A program made the position numbers and the translations under genes. From Pseudomonadota bacterium (GTDB taxonomy: Bacteria; Planctomycetota; UBA8108; UBA1146): a DNA stretch of 49,138 bases. The DNA is taken from positions 1-49,138 of the forward strand of contig JAFMMO010000001.1 of assembly GCA_017859655.1 (NCBI GenBank), written 5' to 3'. Under the pieces are notes generated by a model. That model had not been told where the DNA came from, searched no databases, and worked only from the letters and a program-made list of their open reading frames with translations. Below, in pieces: positions 42,545-49,138 of the stretch. Numbering within the stretch: position 1 is the first letter of the stretch; each line of letters starts with the position of its first letter.

Positions 42545-43810
42545 TCACTCCTCCCCGGGCGGCTCCCGATCGAGATCGGGGAGGGTCACCACCTCGGTTC
42601 GGGAGTGGACCTCCTCCAGCTCCTCGGACAGGTCGAGGGCGGCCTCGATCTCACGGACCTCCTCCACGGTCCCATCGGTGACCGGTCGCCGCGGGAGCAG
42701 GTACCCGCAGCAGTCGGCGTGAGGCTCGGTGCTCACCTCGTAGGTCCCGATCCGGCGGGCCTCCTCCACGATCTCCTCCTTGTCGTAGCTGAGGAGGGGG
42801 CGGAGGAGCGGCAGGGCGACGGTCTCGTCGAGGACCGCGAGGTTCTCGAGGGTCTGACTCGCGACCTGAGCGAGGTTCTCCCCGCTCCCGAGCGCCTTGC
42901 ACTGGTTCCAGCCCGCGATCCGGGCGGCGATCCGCAGCATCGACCGCCGATAGAGCATCACCCTCCACCGGGCCGGCGCGTCCTGCACGATCCGCTGCTG
43001 CAGCAGCCCCAGCGGCACCAGATGGAGCTTCGAGCGCATCCGATGGCGGGTGAGGATGTTCGCGAGCTCGGTGGTCTTCTCGATGCTCGAGCGATCGGTG
43101 AAGGGGCTGGAGTGGAAGTGCACGAACTGCAGGTGGCAACCGCGGCGCAGGAGCCGCTCCGCCGCGACCGGGGAGTCGATCCCTCCGGAGAGCATGTGGA
43201 GGACCCGACCCGCGGTCCCGGTGGGGAGCCCCCCCGGTCCGGAGATCCGCTCCCGGGAGAGGATCACCTCCCGGTTCAGGATGAGGACGGAGAACTCGAC
43301 CTCCGGGGCGCGGAGGTCGACCCGCGCCCCGCTCCGCTCTCCGACGATCGCGCCGAGGCGGACCATCAGGTCCTGGGAGCGATGAGGATAGCTCTTCTGG
43401 ATCCGGCGGCAGCGGATGGCGAAGCTCTCGAAGCCGCCCTCTCCCGCCCACTCGGCCAGCCGCGCTTCGATCGGGCCGAGGTCCCAGCCGAAGCGCTCGA
43501 TCGGCAGGACATGCGAGACCCCATGCACGCGGGAGAGCCGGCGGAGCAGCTCGCCCCGATCGCCGTCGAGTTCCTGGTCGATCCGGAGCCGTCCGTAGAT
43601 GCGATGGATCCCCATCACGCGGAGCCCGCGGAGTGTGTAGTGGAGGTTGCGGACGAGGCGGGTCTCGAAGTACGGGCGGTTCCCCTTCTTGAGGCCGACC
43701 TCCCCGTAGTGCACGAAGTAGCTCCGCCCCCGTCGAAGGGGCGGAGGCTTGGGCGGGGAATGCTCCGGCTCCGTTGCGGGACGCGGCGCCTCGGTCGGAT
43801 GGTCGGTCAT
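42545..43810 (-). CDS. thiI: tRNA 4-thiouridine synthase ThiI (THUMP + PP-loop, no rhodanese domain seen)
   Basis: YFVHYGEVGLKKGNRPYFE, PP-loop LSGGIDSPVAA and VHFHSSPF. Start taken at the ATG at 43810 (MTDHPTE). Confidence 0.85.
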   Translation of the reverse strand: MTDHPTEAPRPATEPEHSPPKPPPLRRGRSYFVHYGEVGLKKGNRPYFETRLVRNLHYTLRGLRVMGIHRIYGRLRIDQELDGDRGELLRRLSRVHGVSHVLPIERFGWDLGPIEARLAEWAGEGGFESFAIRCRRIQKSYPHRSQDLMVRLGAIVGERSGARVDLRAPEVEFSVLILNREVILSRERISGPGGLPTGTAGRVLHMLSGGIDSPVAAERLLRRGCHLQFVHFHSSPFTDRSSIEKTTELANILTRHRMRSKLHLVPLGLLQQRIVQDAPARWRVMLYRRSMLRIAARIAGWNQCKALGSGENLAQVASQTLENLAVLDETVALPLLRPLLSYDKEEIVEEARRIGTYEVSTEPHADCCGYLLPRRPVTDGTVEEVREIEAALDLSEELEEVHSRTEVVTLPDLDREPPGEE

Positions 43811-43862
43811 CGGTGCCGCTCGCTCCCCGGGTCGACGCCGCGCGAGGCGGCGGACGAGATCG

Positions 43863-43891
43863 ATTGCAAAGCCCCGCCCTCGACCGTGAGA
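43863..43891 (+). promoter_or_regulatory. sigma70-like promoter candidate (TTGCAA - 17 nt - TGAGAT)
   Basis: Lies in the divergent thiI / thioesterase intergenic region, about 45 nt upstream of the TTG start at 43938. The -10 match is weak. Confidence 0.2.
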
Positions 43892-43937
43892 TGCGTCAGC
43901 CCGCCAAGCCCGGCGCCCACTCCTCCGGAGGTGCACC

Positions 43938-44420
43938 TTGAACGACCCGAGCCCGAGCCACGCCCCGTCCGAGGGGGACGGAACCCCCGGCGGACGCATC
44001 TTCCGCCGACCGCACCGCGTGGCGTTCGCGGACGTCGATGCGGCCGGGATCGTGTACTATCCCAGACTGCTTCACTACTGTCATCTGACCTTCGAGGAGT
44101 TCCTCATCGCGGCGGGCGCGGGGCCCTATCCCCGGTGGCTGCAGGTGGAGCGCCTCGGGTTCCCGACCGTTCATCTCGAGGTCGACTTCCAGCGACCGGT
44201 CGAGTTCGGCGCTCCCCTCGAGATGACCGCGCGGGTCGAGCGGATCGGCGGGAAGTCGGTGACCTTCATCTTCGAGGGTCTGCGCGAGGAGGACTCGGTC
44301 GCGTTCCGAGCCCGCGTGGTGAAGGCGTGCGCGACGATGGATGGCGGCGAGGCCCGGGAGATCCCGGATGCGCTGCGCCGGATCCTCTCCGAGTACCTCG
44401 TCGAAGGAGGCCCCGCTTGA
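43938..44420 (+). CDS. 4-hydroxybenzoyl-CoA thioesterase (YbgC-like) hotdog protein
   Basis: HRVAFADVDAAGIVYYPRLLHYCHLTFEEF. TTG start with GGAGG 6 nt upstream. The stop overlaps the queE start (TTGA). Confidence 0.75.
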   Translation: MNDPSPSHAPSEGDGTPGGRIFRRPHRVAFADVDAAGIVYYPRLLHYCHLTFEEFLIAAGAGPYPRWLQVERLGFPTVHLEVDFQRPVEFGAPLEMTARVERIGGKSVTFIFEGLREEDSVAFRARVVKACATMDGGEAREIPDALRRILSEYLVEGGPA

Positions 44421-45115
44421 GCGACTCCACTCCCGTTCGGCGCGGCGCGACCACGGTGCGCGTCTCGGAGATCTACCCATCGATCCAGGGAGAGTCGACC
44501 CACGCCGGCCGCCCCTGCGTCTTCGTCCGGCTCACGGGCTGCCCGCTGCGCTGCACCTGGTGCGACACGACCTACGCCTTCGTCGGCGGCGAGCATCGCG
44601 AGATCCCCGCCGTGGTGGCGGAGGCGCTCTCCTTCGGCATCGGGCTGGTGGAGGTGACCGGCGGCGAGCCCCTCGCGCAGCGCAGCGCCCTCCCCCTGCT
44701 CACGTCCCTCTGCGATGCCTTCGATGAGGTCCTGCTGGAGACCTCCGGCTCCGAGCCGATCGAGGAGGTGGACCCGAGGGTCCGTCGGATCATCGACCTG
44801 AAGGCGCCGGGGAGCGGCGAGGTGGAGCGAAACCGGGAGGAGAACCTCGACCACCTCCGCCCGGGGGATGAGCTGAAGGTCGTGCTCGCCGACCGCGCCG
44901 ACTACGAGTGGGCCCGGGAGCGGATCGCCGACCCGCGCATCGCCCCGCACCTCTCCAGCCGGGAGGGCTGGGGGCTGCCGCTCCACTTCTCACCGGTCCA
45001 TGGGGTCCTGGACCCGCGCGAGCTGGCGGAGTGGATCGTGGAGGATCGCCTGCCGGCGCGCCTCCAGCTTCAGCAGCACAAGTACGTCTGGGATCCGGAG
45101 GCCCGAGGAGTATGA
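44417..45115 (+). CDS. queE: 7-carboxy-7-deazaguanine synthase (radical SAM)
   Basis: VSEIYPSIQGESTHAGRPCVFVRLTGCPLRCTWCDT (Cx3Cx2C) and VEVTGGEPL. TTG at 44417 with GAAGGAGG 6 nt upstream. The long ORF 42605-45115 upstream of this point is antisense to thiI. Confidence 0.85.
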   Translation: MSDSTPVRRGATTVRVSEIYPSIQGESTHAGRPCVFVRLTGCPLRCTWCDTTYAFVGGEHREIPAVVAEALSFGIGLVEVTGGEPLAQRSALPLLTSLCDAFDEVLLETSGSEPIEEVDPRVRRIIDLKAPGSGEVERNREENLDHLRPGDELKVVLADRADYEWARERIADPRIAPHLSSREGWGLPLHFSPVHGVLDPRELAEWIVEDRLPARLQLQQHKYVWDPEARGV

Positions 45116-45510
45116 GTCGAGACGACCGTCGCTCCGACCCGCAGGTCGTCGAGCTGGCCCACCGCTTCACCTTCGAGGCCGCGCACTACCTGCCCCGGGT
45201 GCCGGAGGGGCACAAGTGCCGGCGGCTGCACGGGCACTCCTTCGCCGCGACGATCGTGGTGCGGGGACCGATCGACCCGGAGATGGGCTGGCTCGTCGAC
45301 TACGCGGAGATCAAGGGCGCGGTGGCGCCCCTGCGGGAGATGCTCGACCACCACCTCCTCAACGAGGTGGAGGGGCTGGAGAACCCCACCTCCGAGGTGA
45401 TCGCCGTCTGGCTCTGGGATCGCCTGCTCCCGAGCCTCCCGATCCTCGCGGAGGTGAGGGTCGAGGAGACCTGCAACAACGGCTGCGCCTACCGGGGCGG
45501 GTCGATTTGA
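45112..45510 (+). CDS. queD: 6-carboxy-5,6,7,8-tetrahydropterin synthase
   Basis: FTFEAAHYLP....HKCRRLHGHSF, WLVDYAEIK, LDHHLLNEVEGLENPTSEVIAVWLW. The ATG overlaps the queE stop (ATGA). Confidence 0.9.
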   Translation: MSRDDRRSDPQVVELAHRFTFEAAHYLPRVPEGHKCRRLHGHSFAATIVVRGPIDPEMGWLVDYAEIKGAVAPLREMLDHHLLNEVEGLENPTSEVIAVWLWDRLLPSLPILAEVRVEETCNNGCAYRGGSI

Positions 45511-45562
45511 TCCATCGCCCCCGCAGGGGCGCGACTCGGGATGGGCGGAACGGAGCGAGCTC

Positions 45563-47386
45563 ATGTGCGGCATCTTCGGGATCTCCGGAACGCGGGATGT
45601 GGCCCCGCTCCTCATCGAGGGGCTCGCCCGCCTCGAGTACCGCGGCTACGACTCCTGCGGCATGGCGGTGATCGACGACGAGGGTCGGCTCGCGCTTCGC
45701 AAGGGCGCGGGCGAGGTGCGGGTGGTCGCGCGGGAGGAGCGGTTCGAGGAGCTGTCCGGCCTCTCCGGCCTGGGACACACCCGGTGGGCGACCCACGGGC
45801 GGGTCTCCCGGGTGAACGCCCACCCCCACACCGACAGCTACGGCGAGGTCGCGATCGTCCACAACGGGATCCTCGAGAACCACGACGAGCTGCGGAGGAG
45901 CCTCGGGGAGAAGGGACACGCGTTCGTCTCGGAGACCGACTCGGAGGTGATCGCCCACCTCATCGAGGAGGAGCTGCGCGGCGCCGACGACCTCGTCGCC
46001 GCCGTCCGCGGGGCGGGGCGGGCGCTGCGGGGCACCTACGGGATCGGGGTCATCTCCGCCCGGCATCCCGGGGTCCTCATCGCCCTGCGCCGGGAGAGCC
46101 CCCTGCTCGTCGGACTCGGGGATGACTTCACCTGCTTCGCCTCCGATCCCCTCGCGTTCGCCCCCCTCACCGACCGGGTCCTCTACCTGGAGGATGGAGA
46201 GCTCGCCGTCGTCGAGCCCGGGGGCGCGAAGCTGCTCTCCATCGAGAGCGGGGAGCCGATCGAGCGGGAGCGCGTCGTCCTGAACCTCGCCGAGCGCACC
46301 GCGAGCCACGATGGCTTCCCCGACTACATGTCGAAGGAGATCCATGAGAACGCCGCGGTCGCGCGGACCGCGCTCTCTCTGGATGAGGAGGAGATCCTCG
46401 GGCTCGTCGTCGAGCTCGAGCGGGCGCCGCGCTCGATCCTCACCGGGATCGGCACGAGCCACTACGTGGCGGTGATGGCCCAGTACGTCCTCTCCGAGCT
46501 CGGGGGGCGCTTCTTCCCCGCCGTCAGCTCGGATGAGCTCCCCTACCTCGCCCGCTTCGATGCGGACACCCACATCCTCGCGATCAGTCAGTCCGGGGAG
46601 ACCTACGACACCCTTAAGGCCCTCCGACGGGCGAAGCGGGCGGGAGCTCGGACCACCGCCATCCTGAACGTCCCCAGCTCATCGATGGCCCGCGAGACGG
46701 ACCACTCCGTCGACCAGCGGGCGGGAGCCGAGATCTGCGTCCTGTCGACGAAGTCGACGATGTCCCAGCTGGTGATCCTCCACCGCGTGGCGATCACCCT
46801 CGGGGAGAGATCGGGGCACCTCGATCGGGCGAGCGCCGACGCCGCCCGGGAGGAGCTGGAGGGACTCCCCTCCCTCCTCGACGAGCTCTGGTCCCGCTCC
46901 CACGCCCCGCTGCGCGACCTCGCCCTGCGCCTGAGCGTGATCCGGAACTGGTTCTTCCTCGGGCGCGGGGTCCACCACGGCCTCGCCCTCGAGGCGGCGC
47001 TGAAGTTCAAGGAGGTCACCTACTGCCACGCGGAGGGGATGCCGGCCGGAGCCCTGAAGCACGGGACGATCAGTCTGATCGACGAGGCGATGCACACCGC
47101 GATCTTCCTCCCCGGTCCGGAGGACCCGGAGCTCCGCCAGCAGGGAATCGGGGCGGTCACCGAGATCAACGCGAGGGGGGGCCGGGTGATCGCCTTCCAG
47201 CCTGAGGGGTGCGAGGATCCGATCGGTCTGTTCGAGTCCGTGATCGAGACGCCTCGGGCCGGGCGGATCGCCTCTCCCCTCCTCGGGCTGATGCAGGCGC
47301 AGCTCTTCGCCTACTACACCGCGCGCGCCCTCGGGAGGAACGTGGACAAGCCCCGCTCCCTGGCGAAGTCGGTCACGGTCGGCTGA
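45563..47386 (+). CDS. glmS: glutamine--fructose-6-phosphate aminotransferase
   Basis: MCGIFG N-terminal nucleophile, GHTRWATHG, two SIS domains (ISQSGETYDTL), C-terminal LAKSVTVG-type end. Confidence 0.95.
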   Translation: MCGIFGISGTRDVAPLLIEGLARLEYRGYDSCGMAVIDDEGRLALRKGAGEVRVVAREERFEELSGLSGLGHTRWATHGRVSRVNAHPHTDSYGEVAIVHNGILENHDELRRSLGEKGHAFVSETDSEVIAHLIEEELRGADDLVAAVRGAGRALRGTYGIGVISARHPGVLIALRRESPLLVGLGDDFTCFASDPLAFAPLTDRVLYLEDGELAVVEPGGAKLLSIESGEPIERERVVLNLAERTASHDGFPDYMSKEIHENAAVARTALSLDEEEILGLVVELERAPRSILTGIGTSHYVAVMAQYVLSELGGRFFPAVSSDELPYLARFDADTHILAISQSGETYDTLKALRRAKRAGARTTAILNVPSSSMARETDHSVDQRAGAEICVLSTKSTMSQLVILHRVAITLGERSGHLDRASADAAREELEGLPSLLDELWSRSHAPLRDLALRLSVIRNWFFLGRGVHHGLALEAALKFKEVTYCHAEGMPAGALKHGTISLIDEAMHTAIFLPGPEDPELRQQGIGAVTEINARGGRVIAFQPEGCEDPIGLFESVIETPRAGRIASPLLGLMQAQLFAYYTARALGRNVDKPRSLAKSVTVG

Positions 47387-47419
47387 CCACGGACGGCGAG
47401 GCTCCCCGGTGGCTCCCCT

Positions 47420-47683
47420 TCACCCCCCCCTCCTACCGGCGCGCCAGAGCCGGTTTGCGAGGAGGATGGTGGGGAGCGCCACGAGCGCAATGAGGGTGCG
47501 GTCGAGGCGCAGGACTCTGGCCGGGTCTCCATCGAGGCTCTCCTCCGGGCCGCTCGCCCGCAGCTCGAACCAGAGCAGCACCGACCAGAGCAGCAGACGG
47601 TGGACGATCACGGCCCCGAGGAACAGGGCGAGGATCCCCCCCATCCGCCGCATCGGTCCCGGAGGCGGAGCCTCATCCGCCAC
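47420..47683 (-). CDS. small two-TM membrane protein, unknown function
   Basis: GTG start 3 nt after the stop of the upstream 5'-nucleotidase gene. Two hydrophobic segments (GGILALFLGAVIVHRLLLWSVLLWF; TLIALVALPTILLA). No homology recognised. Confidence 0.4.
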   Translation of the reverse strand: MADEAPPPGPMRRMGGILALFLGAVIVHRLLLWSVLLWFELRASGPEESLDGDPARVLRLDRTLIALVALPTILLANRLWRAGRRGG

Positions 47684-47686
47684 GGC

Positions 47687-49138
47687 CTAGACCGACTCGA
47701 GCTCGTGCGGGAGGTAGTCCATCGCGGAGCGGAAGTAGTGGTTCGGGGGATAGAAGCTCAGGTTCGTCGCCCGGCTCGTGTAGGTGCAGGCGAAGTCCTC
47801 GAGCTGCCGGCCGAAGTAGGTGAGCTCGTTCCCCGCCCGGAACAGCGAGCCCCAGTGCGGGTTGGTCGCGAGGCTCAGACGGGAGCGGAGCCGCTCCCGC
47901 TGCCGGATGAACTGGTTCAGCGTCTTCATTGCCTGCTTCCGCGAGGCAAGGCACTCGTCCTTGAGGCGCGTGAGGAGCTCCGCGTGCTCCTCGTCGAGCG
48001 GGAGCCGGTCGAGGCTCGACTCGATCGACTTCCAGTGCATCACCTCACGCTCGGTGATCGTGCGTCGCTCGTCGGTCTCCTTCAGCTGCTGCACCATCCC
48101 GGGGAGGGCGGACTGCACGGTCAGCTCCTCCTCGAGCTCGGGCACGATGAGCATCGTGCGCCAGTAGGTGTTCCGCTTCGAGGAGATCAGGTCGGCGTAG
48201 ATGTGGTCTCCGACGTAGAGGACGTTCGGTCCCCGGACGCCGAGGCGCTCCTCCAGCTCCAGGATGTTCCCCTCGTGCATCACGTGGGGGGCGATGCCCT
48301 GGGTGGACGGGGGTGCGGGGTTCGAGCGCTTGAAGTACCCCGGCTTGCGGGCGAGCACGATCACCTGATCGAACAGCTCCAGCCAGGAGGTCTCCTCCGG
48401 TCCGCCGAGCCGCCCGAGGGTCGGGTTCATCATGGCGCAGGTGTAGGACCACTCAGAGTTCGTCAGCAGGAAGACCTTCTTCCCGTTGGCGCGCAGCCAG
48501 CGGAGGAGGTGCTCGGTGTGGGGATCCACATGGAGATAGTCGAGGGGGCTCGCGGTGATCACCGACTTGAGCGATCCATCCCGGTGCACCATGTCGGTGT
48601 GCTTGCGGATCACCTTCCAGAGCTTCTCGTAGCCGCCCGCCTCGATCTTCGGCGCGAGCCCGCTGTAGATGCAGGTCTCGGGCATCGCGAAGGCGCTGTC
48701 CATCTGGAGGAAGCGCATGCCCTCGGTGACATGGGGGATCACATCCGCATCGCCGTAGGTCTCGCGCTTCTGGCGCGCGGTGAGCTTCGTCGGACCGTGG
48801 TACGCGTGCAGGACGTGCCCGTAGCGGTCGGTCTTGAGGACATTGCCGAGCTTGATGTCGACGATCAGCCCCTTGCGGGCGAAGGAGAGGTCCGGGAGGT
48901 CCTCGAACCACTCCCTCGGGAAGCTCTCATGCTCGATCAGTCGATCGATGACGAGGCGCATCGCGAGGCCATCGAGCATCTCGGTGTTGTAGACCGCGAG
49001 GGTGTGGTCGAAGTCGAACCCGACCGCCTTGACCTTGTCGAAGCGCAGCGTGCGGTTCGTGAAGATGGCGTGCTGGTTGTCGACGACCGGACTGCGGATC
49101 GAGGTGGAGACGAGGTCGTACCACCACGGGCGCCCCTG
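47687..49138 (-). CDS. HAD-superfamily 5'-nucleotidase of the cN-II (PF05761-like) type, 5' end outside the window
   Basis: The reading frame stays open to the window edge. Reverse translation of 48980-49138 gives ...IFTNRTLRFDKVKAVGFDFDHTLAVYNTEMLDG, with HAD motif I DFDHT. Downstream motifs are LLTNSEW and YVGDHIYADL. Stop TAG at 47687. Confidence 0.8.
   Translation of the reverse strand, partial: QGRPWWYDLVSTSIRSPVVDNQHAIFTNRTLRFDKVKAVGFDFDHTLAVYNTEMLDGLAMRLVIDRLIEHESFPREWFEDLPDLSFARKGLIVDIKLGNVLKTDRYGHVLHAYHGPTKLTARQKRETYGDADVIPHVTEGMRFLQMDSAFAMPETCIYSGLAPKIEAGGYEKLWKVIRKHTDMVHRDGSLKSVITASPLDYLHVDPHTEHLLRWLRANGKKVFLLTNSEWSYTCAMMNPTLGRLGGPEETSWLELFDQVIVLARKPGYFKRSNPAPPSTQGIAPHVMHEGNILELEERLGVRGPNVLYVGDHIYADLISSKRNTYWRTMLIVPELEEELTVQSALPGMVQQLKETDERRTITEREVMHWKSIESSLDRLPLDEEHAELLTRLKDECLASRKQAMKTLNQFIRQRERLRSRLSLATNPHWGSLFRAGNELTYFGRQLEDFACTYTSRATNLSFYPPNHYFRSAMDYLPHELESV

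Noticed and set aside
42605-44416. Upstream 600 codons of the 836-aa ORF that ends as queE
   Set aside because: This part is antisense to thiI and overlaps the YbgC-like gene. The QueE homology begins only at the TTG at 44417, which has a GAAGGAGG SD and overlaps the preceding stop.

Overview
Very GC-rich bacterial chromosomal window. GC was not computed, but third codon positions are almost all G/C, so both strands carry long spurious ORFs. All protein calls rest on motifs I recognise by eye; no similarity search was possible. I can support about 35 protein-coding genes, tightly packed and often with overlapping stop/start codons. I found no rRNA, tRNA, CRISPR array, transposase or integrase.

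Ordinary content:
- Peptidases, hydrolases and stress: esterase, PepF-type M3 oligoendopeptidase, two tandem cyclophilins, PhoD-like phosphatase, Usp.
- DNA and repair: AlgH/YqgE, a YprA/YprB (MrfA/MrfB)-like helicase-exonuclease pair, PolX.
- Metabolism and cell wall: TPR-amidase, Bfd-like ferredoxin, threonine aldolase, HemY-type protoporphyrinogen oxidase, hotdog thioesterases, cysteine-dioxygenase-like cupin, GlmS, and a 5'-truncated cN-II-type 5'-nucleotidase.
- Signalling and modification: Ser/Thr kinase, RimK, ThiI, QueE/QueD.
- Transport: TLC-like transporter.

Stand-out observations:
1. At 21974-25113 there is a tandem pair of paralogous exported proteins, each a degenerate 5'-nucleotidase-like domain fused to a tetraheme cytochrome c. 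The first copy is interrupted by a single in-frame TGA (22220-22222). This TGA aligns exactly with the second Cys of a conserved C-G-C motif in the second copy and is followed by a SECIS-like hairpin. I read it as a candidate selenocysteine (C-G-U) protein.
2. The pair sits directly downstream of an ECF sigma / HxxxCxxC anti-sigma pair. The extracytoplasmic part of the anti-sigma carries a dockerin-like double Ca-loop module.
3. There is a non-cellulosomal cohesin/dockerin-like set. Three secreted proteins end in the same Cys-containing dockerin-like module: a beta-propeller protein and two large S8 subtilases. The larger subtilase also carries two tandem cohesin-like modules.
4. The signal peptide of that subtilase is built from a 15-bp in-frame tandem repeat.
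5. Three perfect 17-19 bp palindromic hairpins sit at convergent gene junctions. All three have AAGGAGG / CCTCCTT outer arms.
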